This document shows, piece by piece, positions 10,373 through 20,661 of a stretch of DNA of 64,000 nt. The stretch comes from Histomonas meleagridis 2922-C6/04-290x (taxonomy: Eukaryota; Protista; Parabasalia), in contig JAANOX010000095.1 of the NCBI GenBank assembly GCA_020184695.1, positions 187,914 to 251,913 of the forward strand, given 5' to 3'. The notes below the pieces were generated by a model, which did no database searches, was not told where the DNA came from, and saw only the letters and a program-made list of their open reading frames with translations. The position numbers and the translations under genes are program-made. Within the stretch, counting starts at the first letter, position 1. Each line of letters starts with the position of its first letter.

Positions 10373-10451
10373 TTGAAGGGCACCCCTAAAGCCGTTTAAA
10401 CGTTTATGTCGTTTAAAGACGTTTATTTTTGGTTCTAAATTATTTTATTTT

Positions 10452-12203
10452 ATGGATTCTAATAAATCAAACCCACCATCATCAGATCAAGGTGCCTCTC
10501 TTAATGATGAAAGTTTAAAAAAGATGCTTCATATGATTGATGTTTCTATGGGTAGATGTCCTGCTGATCTTGTTCTTAAAAATTGTGAATACTTAAATGT
10601 TTTTACTGACGAATATTGTAAAGGTGATATCGCAATTTCAGGTGGTAAAATAGCAGGTATTGGTAATTATTCTGGTATTGAAGAATATGATACAACAGGT
10701 TATAGAATACTTCCAGGATTTATTGATGGCCACATTCATTTAGAAAGTTCTTTAGTAGCACCATCCGAATTTTCCATGGCAGTACTTCCACATGGTACGA
10801 CTACTGTTATAATTGATCCGCATGAAATCGCCAATGTTATGGGTGTTGACGGTATTCAATATATGATTGAGTCCACCACAAATTTACCAATTGATGTTTT
10901 TATAATGATTCCAAGTTGTGTGCCAGCTACTTCAGAAGATGAGTCTGGTGCCATTCTTGATCATACTATTATTGAATCATTATTAACTAAACCACGAGTA
11001 TTAGGCTTAGCCGAACTCATGAATTATCCTGGTGTTGTTAATGGTTCTGTAAATGATCTCTTAAAGATTATCATTGCACAAAAGCATAACTGTCCAATCG
11101 ATGGACATGCGCCAGGTTTAAATGGTAACTCATTAAATGCTTATGTAGCATCTGGAATTAGAAGTGATCATGAATGTTCTACAATTGAAGAAGCTAAAGA
11201 GAAACTACGTTTAGGTCAAATAATTATGATACGTGAAGGAACTGCAGCACATAATCTTTCATCTTTAGTTTCATTATTACAATTACCATATTCGAATCAT
11301 TGTGCATTTTGTACTGATGATAAACATCCGAATGATTTAATTAATAAGGGACACATTGATTATATTTTAAAGAAATCTATTTCACTTGGAGCTGATCCAA
11401 TCCAAGCTATAAAGGCATCAAGTTATAATATCTCAAAACATTTTAATCTTAATGATCGTGGTGCAATAGCACCTGGTTACATAGCCGATTTGATTTTAAT
11501 TAATGATAAATATGATGTTCATCGTGTATATAAAAACGGAACTTTAATGTCCGAAAATGGTAAATTAATTAATTCCATTACTATCCCTAAAGTTAATGAG
11601 AAATTAATCGACAAGACATTAAACACAATGAACTTAAACGAATTGAAAAAAGAAGATTTCCAAGATGAAAATCAAAAACATGGAATAATCGGTATAATTA
11701 ATAACGAGTTAATTACAAATGATTGTGGTTTTGCATCTGAAATTGATGTTACTAAAGATATTTTGAAAATTGCTGTTATAGAAAGGCATCATAACACTGG
11801 CCATGTCGGAATTGGCTATATAAATGGCTACGGATTGAAAGTTGGCGCTGTAGCAACAAGTGTTGCTCATGATTCACATAATATAATTGTCGTTGGTGCT
11901 GACGAGAAATCAATGGCTTTGGCTGCAAATAAAGTTAGAGCGATGGCTGGTGGAATAGCCGTGGTGAAAAATGACGAAGTTATCGCTGAAGTGCCTTTGC
12001 CGATTGCAGGTTTGATGAGCAATGAATCATTGACTGAAGTAAATGAAAAATTAGAAAGCGCACTTGAAGCTGCTAAGAAATTGGGCGTAAATGAAGGTGT
12101 GGCGCCGTTTATGACATTGTCTTTTATGTCATTGCCAGTAATTCCAACATTAAGAATAACTACAAGTGGTGTGTTTGATGTGACAAAGCAAAAATATATT
12201 TAA
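10452..12203 (+). CDS. ade: Adenine deaminase, bacterial AdeC type (amidohydrolase superfamily)
   Basis: 583 aa with PGFIDGHIHLESS, GTTTVIIDPHEIANV, GLAELMNYPGV, DGHAPG, SDHEC, IREGTAAHNL, TDDKHP, SVAHDSHN, LPIAGLMS. Confidence 0.95.
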   Translation: MDSNKSNPPSSDQGASLNDESLKKMLHMIDVSMGRCPADLVLKNCEYLNVFTDEYCKGDIAISGGKIAGIGNYSGIEEYDTTGYRILPGFIDGHIHLESSLVAPSEFSMAVLPHGTTTVIIDPHEIANVMGVDGIQYMIESTTNLPIDVFIMIPSCVPATSEDESGAILDHTIIESLLTKPRVLGLAELMNYPGVVNGSVNDLLKIIIAQKHNCPIDGHAPGLNGNSLNAYVASGIRSDHECSTIEEAKEKLRLGQIIMIREGTAAHNLSSLVSLLQLPYSNHCAFCTDDKHPNDLINKGHIDYILKKSISLGADPIQAIKASSYNISKHFNLNDRGAIAPGYIADLILINDKYDVHRVYKNGTLMSENGKLINSITIPKVNEKLIDKTLNTMNLNELKKEDFQDENQKHGIIGIINNELITNDCGFASEIDVTKDILKIAVIERHHNTGHVGIGYINGYGLKVGAVATSVAHDSHNIIVVGADEKSMALAANKVRAMAGGIAVVKNDEVIAEVPLPIAGLMSNESLTEVNEKLESALEAAKKLGVNEGVAPFMTLSFMSLPVIPTLRITTSGVFDVTKQKYI

Positions 12204-12439
12204 GTAAAAAAAACTTTAGAAGAATTACATGTAATTAAATTTGTGTGATTCATTTGGAAATATTTCATAATTCTTATATGTTGATTTTTTTTTAATTACA
12301 ATTTTATAAAGGTATTTCTGTGATGAATTCTATCCAAATAATGTAATTATCAATGAATGTCCTTTTAATGAATATATACTGCATTATAAGGCTTGATACT
12401 TATAAAAAAAAAAAAAGTGTAATAGTATGTCAACAAATT

Positions 12440-12650
12440 CCATAAGCAATTTTACAGTATTATTTAGTTAGTTTCTGATTTAATTAGGAAATATATAAAC
12501 GCAAAAATACTTTTAAATAATAAGGAATTGATGTAAATAAATATATCTATTTTTAATTTGTTGTAATAATTTGGAATATATTTTGATAATTTTATATTTA
12601 TCATAATAATTTGAAATATATTTTAGTATTTTTATGTTAGTCTCTATTAA
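12440..12650 (+). pseudogene. Decayed ankyrin-repeat remnant retaining four 17-nt spacers at 20-nt pitch
   Basis: GGA ATT GAT GTA AAT (GIDVN) at 12524. Then ATTTGTTGTAATAATTT(12556-12572) GGA ATATATTTTGATAATTT TAT ATTTATCATAATAATTT GAA ATATATTTTAGTATTTT(12616-12632) TAT. The flanking frame is broken. Confidence 0.55.
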
Positions 12651-12930
12651 ACCTTGGTATTTTGTTTATCATCCTTTCATATCTATGCTGAATATTAATA
12701 TTTAAACAAGAAAGTTTTAATTCTCATAGTTCATCGTCATTTTAGTTTAATTCATTTCCGGTTTCAACCAATCATAGTATTAAAAAACTGTTTTAGATAA
12801 CACTTACATTTACATCTCAGCATAATAATGTTTAAGTGATACGTCTTAAAGAATTTTTTAATATCTAAGACAATAATTTCAAAGATTACATTAGCAAAAA
12901 CAATTTTTGACTATATTTCCCGTATTTTAG

Positions 12931-14343
12931 TTATTTTTTTTTGTTTCCTTTTACATTTTCTGTTTTCACATAATTACTTTTGCCAGAGCTATTCTTTTTT
13001 CCCATTAGCCACGCATATACATTCATTATGATGAACATTGAAAACGACATAATCGTGCCCAAGTAGCCAATACTTTTTCTCACAAAAAAGAAGGAATCAA
13101 AAGTTCTATACCAAAAAGTAGAAGTAGCGTTAGACATTGATGCGATTTTCCAAAAGTGGTACAACGCAAAACTTATTTTCGAGCTCGAATTCGGCTGGAA
13201 ATATTTCTGAATCAATTGATCGGCAACCGACGAGCTGACAACTTCAGGAAGCAACATCAAGTAAACAGGGTCAAAGCCATGCCAAAGCGCAGATACGACG
13301 AAGACAGAATGATGCGAGAACGTGTAACTGAATCCATTATCCTTTAATTGATAAAATAAATATCGCTTAAAGAATATATGTGATGTATGGTTCCATACTT
13401 GAAGCCATGCACCTACAGATGGTGTCTTAAGCAATTGTATTAGACCCATATTCGAACAGTCATAAAAATCTTCAACTAATGGAGTTTCACAAACACCTGT
13501 TTCATATATGGCCGATTCTACTGGATGCCATGCAGGATAATATCGACACAATTGTCCAATTGTACATATTATGGAGAGTAAGAAACGGATAAACACATTT
13601 TGGCGCAAAAACCATGGTTGCGAATAAAAGGAAATTTGGAATTTGCTCATGAAAAGAAGATTAAAGATTGACCAAAAAATACTTGAAAAGAAGCGTTCAA
13701 TAGAATATTTGCGTGATTTGGAATTGGCTGAGATCTTGGGCCGGTTACCAACAGTAAGAATATAATCAAAGATCTTGAACTCAAAGGCCGGGCCAGAGTT
13801 ACCGCCCATGGGCGTGAGACAATATGCAAACCAATCAATAAGTGATGGCTTTTTTTCAAGTGCAAGGCGCTTCGCAAATTCTCGTTTTATAGTTTTGCCT
13901 TCTTTGATCTGGCGACCATCATAAAGATTAAAAGTTGTTATAACAATTCGATTAAATAAAATCATAACAATGGCTGTAACTTCAAAATCCCATGATTCAC
14001 ATGCTTTGAGTTTTTGATAAAGATTAACAGCAGTGTTTATGCCCATTGCAATGAAAGAAACAACATATGGATTTTTGTCCAAAATAAAATAAGTGAAAAA
14101 AGTAATTACAATTGGAATGATAAAATCATTTTTGTATAAGATCCGGCTGAGAATAACACCAGTAATAATATGGAATAGAGAATGAATAATCCTTGATTTG
14201 ATACGTGGTAATACCCAACGATATAGAGGCATTAAGCTCATTGTCATGATGCAAAGCCAAAATACAGGTCCTATAAATTCATAAACTTCAATAAACTTTT
14301 CTACAAATGATTTTTGCACTTCAGTTGATTCCATTGATATCAA
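12931..14343 (-). CDS. MBOAT-family acyltransferase (lysophospholipid acyltransferase-like)
   Basis: Multiple hydrophobic segments; KKPSLIDWFAYCL..MGGNSGP, WN.TSHIFFKRYLF and the catalytic VSALWHGF motif. First ATG probably 14334. Confidence 0.9.
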   Translation of the reverse strand: MISMESTEVQKSFVEKFIEVYEFIGPVFWLCIMTMSLMPLYRWVLPRIKSRIIHSLFHIITGVILSRILYKNDFIIPIVITFFTYFILDKNPYVVSFIAMGINTAVNLYQKLKACESWDFEVTAIVMILFNRIVITTFNLYDGRQIKEGKTIKREFAKRLALEKKPSLIDWFAYCLTPMGGNSGPAFEFKIFDYILTVGNRPKISANSKSRKYSIERFFSSIFWSIFNLLFMSKFQISFYSQPWFLRQNVFIRFLLSIICTIGQLCRYYPAWHPVESAIYETGVCETPLVEDFYDCSNMGLIQLLKTPSVGAWLQVWNHTSHIFFKRYLFYQLKDNGFSYTFSHHSVFVVSALWHGFDPVYLMLLPEVVSSSVADQLIQKYFQPNSSSKISFALYHFWKIASMSNATSTFWYRTFDSFFFVRKSIGYLGTIMSFSMFIIMNVYAWLMGKKNSSGKSNYVKTENVKGNKKK

Positions 14344-14625
14344 AGAAACAAACGGTTAAAACCGCACTCATCTGACTGTATTTCAAAAAGTGGTAATAAA
14401 CTATTCTATTACTTTGCACAATTTTTTGATCTCATTTTTTCTGCAGAAAGAAAATTTTCATTAAATGGAGATATCCTTATCATTTTCCAGCAATATTTTA
14501 GAAACCATTTGTTATCTTACTTATTAAATATGAAAAAAAGCAAACATAAAAAGATAAAAAATTTACAAAAGCAAGAAAACGATACGAAATTGTTAACTTT
14601 ACCTAAATAAAAGTGGCGGGAAAAA

Positions 14626-14630
14626 TCATT
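14626..14630 (+). promoter_or_regulatory. Parabasalid-type initiator (Inr) motif TCATT
   Basis: TCATT 5 nt before ATG 14635. Similar motifs at 17776 (TCATA, ATG 17785) and 21713 (TCACT, ATG 21726). Short motif in AT-rich DNA, so individual hits are weak. Confidence 0.5.
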
Positions 14631-14634
14631 TCTT

Positions 14635-15736
14635 ATGTCTAAAAACATTGATGTGAATGAACAATTAATCCTAAACTATTTAATTGCTGATGATTGTGAT
14701 TCTCTAAAATCAGAAATAGAAAAAGGTTTAGATCCAAATCAACAATTTTTTTGGATAATGAGTGATGATCTTCCTGATATCCTAACAAATTCACCAACTC
14801 TTCTTTCAGTAGCAGCATTTCAACGCGCAGTGAAGTGCTTCAATTATTTACTTGAAATTGGTGCTGATATCAATAAGTTAGATGAAGCCGAAACTCCAAT
14901 TTGTCATTTTGCAGTAGCTGGAGGAAGCATGGAAATCATTCAAAAGCTTGATGAGAAAGGTGTTCAGTTTACAAGTTCCCTACAAATTGCAGCCAAATAT
15001 GGACGATTCGAAATCTTTAAATGGCTGCTTGACAACAAAGGCTTTGACATAAATGAACGAGACCAATACAATAGGACATTTCTTCACATTGCATCCGAAG
15101 GAGGCAATTGTGAATTAGTCAAATTTCTTATTGAGAAAGGATTAGATATTAATTCCATTGATGGAATTTTATTTACTTTTAAACTGTTTATTTTTAATAT
15201 TTGGTATTTATTTACTTTTTAATGGACTCCATTACATTTTGCTGTCGAAAACAATCAGATAGAAGTTGTTAAGTTACTTCTTAGTGATAAAAGAGTAAAT
15301 GTGAACTGTAAAGATTTTGTTTTTGAAACATCATTATTAATGTTTCATGAATTTGGTAATTGCATGCCTTTACATCTTGCAGTTCATAAAGGGAATGTAC
15401 AAATGGTTAAAACACTTCTTCAATCACCAAAGATTGATGTGAACTGCAAAGATTCGGATATTTATTTTATTGTTTTGGAGTTTTGTGTTTATATTTAATA
15501 CACCAATGCATATAGCTGTGATGAATAAAAACAAAGAAATTGTTGAAGTTTTATTACAGACAGGTAAAGTTGATTTGTCAATTAAAGCTGTTCATTTGTT
15601 TTATTACTGAATATTTGTTTGATTGTTTTGGCGTTTTTTATTTTGATTTAAAACTCCTTTGGAATTATCAACAGATTCAGATATAACGAATTTTATTAAT
15701 AGATACTCAAACTCAGGTATGTGTAATTTTGCTTAA
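14635..15736 (+). CDS. Ankyrin-repeat protein (gene B) with at least eight 17-nt spacers
   Basis: First hairpins are uninterrupted (LDEAETPICH, RDQYNRTFLH). Spacers at 15166-15182, 15186-15202, 15206-15222 (IDG-T-G-WTPLH); 15460-15476, 15480-15496 (KDSD-G-NTPMH); 15590-15606, 15613-15629, 15633-15649 (KA-LN-G-KTPLE). The frame then ends at TAA 15734-15736. Confidence 0.8.
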
Positions 15737-16181
15737 TAAAATATTTTTTATTGATTTGTTTTGTTGGAATAAATCGCTTTATTTAAATAATTAATTAAAA
15801 AAAATATAGTAGAATTTCGATTACAAATTTAATTATGCTTAATGTTTTATTATTAACATAATCTGTTTAAAGAGAATAAAATTAAATTCATAGACATTGA
15901 AACATAGATGGATGCCGGGATGTAAAATATACTATTAAATATATTGTATGATTTTTTTTTTATTTTTTCGAATTTGATAAGAAAATTTGTAAAATCAGAA
16001 TGAAATGATAAGAGTACTGAAAGTTTTATTCAAAAAAAGCGTCATTAATATGTAAAATTAAACAGAAGGAAAAACATTATAGAATTAATAAATGTTATTT
16101 AAACGAAAATTACACATAAATTTTTCATATAAATATCTATTATATATTGTTTATTATAATAAAAACATATGTTTAAGAAAG

Positions 16182-17612
16182 TTATTCATTTTTTGCCATA
16201 TTATCATAAATTATGGATTCATTGATTAGATTATATATTTGTTGACACAATTCGCAATCTTCTTCATTCAACTGAATGATCTCATCCAACGCTTCCATAA
16301 TTCCGCTTTGGCACAGTGAGCACACGTATTCGTTTTTCGTATAAATTTTTCGAGATGTTTGTTCTCCAATTCTTACTATTTTATCAATAAGCAACAATGT
16401 CGAATTCCTACATTCATAGCCTATGCTATCAGATAAGAAATTCACTAAAGTTTCCAAAATATTCGGATTCTCATCAATGAATTTTTTCACATCTGATTCT
16501 TCCCATAGCAGGCAATTAACAATTGTAATCAAAGCATTTACTCTTGCATGAAAACAACCATTTTCCAAATTATGTTGGAGGAATTCCAAAACCGGCCCGC
16601 CGATCACAAAGCCGATAATATTTGGATCGTTACAACAGCTGAAATTTCTGAGGATTATGCACAAATTGACACAAAGCTGACTATCGTCAATGTGTAATTG
16701 ATTGAAAAAGTTCCCAAATCCAGAATTGAGAATGATAAACGAAAATTCGTCTTCATTAGAGGAAACTGCTATCAGTGCTTTAAGTATAATTTTTTGTAAA
16801 GCGGCATCGTCTGGTTGAATTTTACTTATGATGTATGGTATAGAGCTTTGTATTGAAGGTAAAAAATCAAATTGCCGCTTAAAAACTTTACGAATAAATC
16901 GTATGTATAAAATGAGCTCATGGTAGAAATTACTGGATTTATTCCTTTCAATGAGAGATGGAAATTCGGTGATGAATGAAATTATAAAATCTGAATCTGG
17001 AAAATATTCCCAACAAAAAAAGGATGATAGAACGTTAAGGTAAGATTCAAGAATACGGTCTCTGTTAATGAAATATATCTGGATATCATCATCTGGATTT
17101 CGGAAATAATTGTAAATGTCAACTAATGATTGAAAGAAGTTGGTTCCTAATAATAAAGAAGCAATATTATTTGATGTCTTTACCATGTTTGTCATGATGC
17201 CTAAAACAATGGGAGTTATATCAGAATCGTTTGGTTTGATTAAATCAAGAAATTGTGCAACGAAAAATTTTTGAAATAAAATATCACAAAACCCTTCCTT
17301 CCCATAGACAATGCTTTTAATGCATTTCAAAAAAGGTAGTTGTATACTTGCTGATTGCTGAATATTCAAAATTGAAAAAAAAATCTGTTCTGTTACTAAT
17401 TGTGGATGTTGCTCAAAGAAACCAAGTGCACTGGCAAGTAAAGTTTCATCTGGTTTGTTAAGTTTTGCTAAATTCTCAGAGATTAAATTAATGTTAATTT
17501 CTTCGATTTCTGTTGGATCTATATTAGGTTTAAAGCTTGTTAGTTTGCCACGTGCAGAAGTTTTAAATTTTCGCCTTTGCTGTTCAATTAGGCTAGTTTT
17601 AAATGATATCAA
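16182..17612 (-). CDS. ARM/HEAT-repeat protein (importin-alpha-like N-terminus)
   Basis: 476-aa helical ORF, basic N-terminus EQQRRKFKTSARGK, ARM-like NLCIILRNFS and ALITIVNCL. No in-frame ATG near the 5' end (the track starts it at TTG). Confidence 0.7.
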   Translation of the reverse strand: MISFKTSLIEQQRRKFKTSARGKLTSFKPNIDPTEIEEININLISENLAKLNKPDETLLASALGFFEQHPQLVTEQIFFSILNIQQSASIQLPFLKCIKSIVYGKEGFCDILFQKFFVAQFLDLIKPNDSDITPIVLGIMTNMVKTSNNIASLLLGTNFFQSLVDIYNYFRNPDDDIQIYFINRDRILESYLNVLSSFFCWEYFPDSDFIISFITEFPSLIERNKSSNFYHELILYIRFIRKVFKRQFDFLPSIQSSIPYIISKIQPDDAALQKIILKALIAVSSNEDEFSFIILNSGFGNFFNQLHIDDSQLCVNLCIILRNFSCCNDPNIIGFVIGGPVLEFLQHNLENGCFHARVNALITIVNCLLWEESDVKKFIDENPNILETLVNFLSDSIGYECRNSTLLLIDKIVRIGEQTSRKIYTKNEYVCSLCQSGIMEALDEIIQLNEEDCELCQQIYNLINESIIYDNMAKNE

Positions 17613-17784
17613 AATTTTTCTGGACCAAAGTACGTTTGGAAAAAAACCTTACAAAATATTCAATGGTATTAACCAAATAAGAAAAGAATTTTCTGATGTC
17701 AAATTTTCCATGTTGACAAAATTGAAACGGGGTGCTCCAAAAGTTGTATGGAATGAAAACAAATATTTCGGAAATTCATAATAA

Positions 17785-20661
17785 ATGGAAGTTATCGATT
17801 TTTCTGCAGAAAATGTTATTGCCGCTTCAGAGCAGTCTATGGTACAGGGACCTAATCAACAAATTGCACTTGATTATCTTCGAAAATGGTATGAAGACCA
17901 AAGTTCATTTTTTACATCTCTCAAAATTCTCCAAGAATCTAATAGTGAACCAGCAAAATTTTACTCTGCTGCTGTTCTCTCAAATAGTATTCCTGAGCAT
18001 TGGAAAGATATTCAAAGTAATATTGAATTAAAAAATAATATTAAAGAAACATTATTAAGTATTGCAATGCAAATGGAGCCCAACACTATGTGCCATTCAA
18101 CTTTAATTAGAACAGTCGTTTCTATTGCTTTATTTGAATGGCCAGAAGAATGGAATTCATTTAGTACATCTCTTCTTCAACCAGATCCATCTCAAACGCC
18201 TCAATTCATTAATTCACTTAATCTTCTTTCCGAATTTGTTGAAGGAATTGATAACTCAGCTAACATTACAAATCAACGACGTCAAAATCTTATTAATTTT
18301 TTTGTTGATCAACTCGACGTTCTTCAAAACCGTATTGCCATTTCTCTCAATGCCACTCCTGATTGTATTCCATATGCTCTTAAAATTTATAATTACCTTT
18401 TAATGTGGTCACCACTTCAGCGCGTTGTAAATTTTGAGACGATACAAAAAATTTCACTAGTTTACTTGCCGAATCAACTCACGCTAATTCCTGCTCTTAA
18501 ATGTCTTTCAACTATTTTTATAACACGTTCAGATTCTGTTACTTCATTTCGTTCTTATGGGCCATTTCTTTTACATGTATTATCGACTTTAGCATTTCCA
18601 AATCTTCATCCTATTACAACACACATTGAGGTCATTAATTTTGTAATTCGTTTTTTACATATTTATATACCTATATTTGAACTTATCTTTATCTCTAATC
18701 AAGAAAACATTGATCAAACCATTAAAATGATGATTGATGATAATGTTACAGAATTAATTTCCACAATTCAAGCGAATAATATAACGTTTGAACAAATTCA
18801 TCAAGAATTAATCCATTTAATCCAAATAATTTTATCGCTTGATCCGAGTAATATCGATGAATCATATTGGAAATTTTGGTATGATATATTACGTCGAATG
18901 TCATTTGAAACAATGCATAATTTAAATGTTTCTCCATCACTAAATTTTTTCAAGCCATTTTTTAATGATATTCGTCAAAACTTATTTGCCTCAATTAAAA
19001 GTGGTATAACAGAAGATGGAAAATGCATTTATCAAGCAAAAGATTCAATTTCAATGTTACTTATAATAGATAAAAATGGAACACTCGAATTTTTACGTTC
19101 TCAGCCACCTTCTCCACAACTTTGTTATTGTGTTGGATGTTTAGATTCTATTACAGAAAGAAGAACAGATATTTCATTTACACAATCAATTATCGAATTG
19201 TTCGAATTTGCGAAAAGTTGTAATGATCCTGAATACATTATTTCATTGTTATTTTGTTTATCTCATTCTTCAAGATTATTCATTGAAATTCCAGAATTCA
19301 TGGCACAATATATTGATATAGTTATTGGCTATATAAATGAAGGTAATCCTTTGATTATTGATGCTGCTGTTAATTCTTTGTTATATTTAGCAACTTTTAA
19401 ACCGTCTATATTCAAAATTAGAGATAGTCAAATTATTGAACACTTAATTGAAAATTCAGAAGTTTATATAAAGAACTTAGAAAAAACCGCTGCCATCAAG
19501 ATTTTGAAAGTTTGTTGTTTTTTGGTTTCTTACGTTAAATCTCAAGAAAACATTGAAAAATTGGTTCAAACACTTTTTGAACCAGTTTTAGCGGTTATTC
19601 AAAATGCAGAAAAAAGTGACAGGGAATCGATAGAAACCGTTTTGGATATTATTTCTGAAACTTCACAATGTATTATAGCACCAGCTAATAATATACTTAG
19701 CAATTATTTATCCCCATCACTTGTTCAACTTGCACAGGTAATGGTTCCTAATCGAACATTTGATAATGATATCATTTCCAGATTATTACATTCAATATCA
19801 TCAATTCAAGTTTCGTTACAATCATTTGAACTTATCAAGGAATCCATTTTAAACATGTCTCAACTAATGTTATTACGCGGTTATATTGAAGAATCATTTT
19901 TTGATTATTTCAAAGACTTATGTATGTGTTATCAAGAAATGAATGACTTGTATCCCTATATCTTTGCCAATTTCATCATTCCATCATTACAATATGAAGA
20001 TCCACCATTATCATCCATCTTCCTAATGATCTCCAAATTTTATCCATCAGTCATAGATCTCGAGTGGTTAGTTCAGATCTCAATTCCAGCGTTATCTGAC
20101 TTACGTAGTAATGTAAATGATTCATGTTTGATTGCATTATCTAATTATTTCTATTTATCAAATCCCGACCAACTTAAGTTAACAATTGACTCAGTAATTG
20201 CACCATTACTTACGTCCATATTCCAAGGCATATCTGATTCGATGCATCAGCAGTCATATTTTCGATATGTCGACTTTTTGCAAGGCTTAATTAACATATA
20301 CACGCACCTAAATACATATAATGATAATAACTTTAAACAACTTTTAGTAAACATAATGAGCCAAACTATGAAAGAGCCACAAAGCGGATTCTTCGAGCAG
20401 TTCGTAAATTATATAATCGCTTCGCAGTCATCGTCATATGACTTTAAGAACGCGTTCATAAACTTGTTGATTACATTGAGGAAATTGTCGCCAGGCGACA
20501 CAAACTTGTTTAAGGTGGAGCCGCTAAGAAGTTCATCGATATTTAAGATGCTCTTCGACCAAATGCTAAATGGAAAAGGAGCTTTCGTGTTCTCTTTGCC
20601 AGGAATGTTCGAACTTGAAATTAAACCACAGCAACAAAATGGAGATAACCAAAATAAGTAA
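17785..20661 (+). CDS. Exportin/CRM1-like karyopherin-beta family protein
   Basis: 958 aa; importin-beta N-terminal region (QQIALDYL...AKFYSAAVL...HW) and Xpo1-like IALFEWPEEWNSF. Confidence 0.8.
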   Translation: MEVIDFSAENVIAASEQSMVQGPNQQIALDYLRKWYEDQSSFFTSLKILQESNSEPAKFYSAAVLSNSIPEHWKDIQSNIELKNNIKETLLSIAMQMEPNTMCHSTLIRTVVSIALFEWPEEWNSFSTSLLQPDPSQTPQFINSLNLLSEFVEGIDNSANITNQRRQNLINFFVDQLDVLQNRIAISLNATPDCIPYALKIYNYLLMWSPLQRVVNFETIQKISLVYLPNQLTLIPALKCLSTIFITRSDSVTSFRSYGPFLLHVLSTLAFPNLHPITTHIEVINFVIRFLHIYIPIFELIFISNQENIDQTIKMMIDDNVTELISTIQANNITFEQIHQELIHLIQIILSLDPSNIDESYWKFWYDILRRMSFETMHNLNVSPSLNFFKPFFNDIRQNLFASIKSGITEDGKCIYQAKDSISMLLIIDKNGTLEFLRSQPPSPQLCYCVGCLDSITERRTDISFTQSIIELFEFAKSCNDPEYIISLLFCLSHSSRLFIEIPEFMAQYIDIVIGYINEGNPLIIDAAVNSLLYLATFKPSIFKIRDSQIIEHLIENSEVYIKNLEKTAAIKILKVCCFLVSYVKSQENIEKLVQTLFEPVLAVIQNAEKSDRESIETVLDIISETSQCIIAPANNILSNYLSPSLVQLAQVMVPNRTFDNDIISRLLHSISSIQVSLQSFELIKESILNMSQLMLLRGYIEESFFDYFKDLCMCYQEMNDLYPYIFANFIIPSLQYEDPPLSSIFLMISKFYPSVIDLEWLVQISIPALSDLRSNVNDSCLIALSNYFYLSNPDQLKLTIDSVIAPLLTSIFQGISDSMHQQSYFRYVDFLQGLINIYTHLNTYNDNNFKQLLVNIMSQTMKEPQSGFFEQFVNYIIASQSSSYDFKNAFINLLITLRKLSPGDTNLFKVEPLRSSSIFKMLFDQMLNGKGAFVFSLPGMFELEIKPQQQNGDNQNK

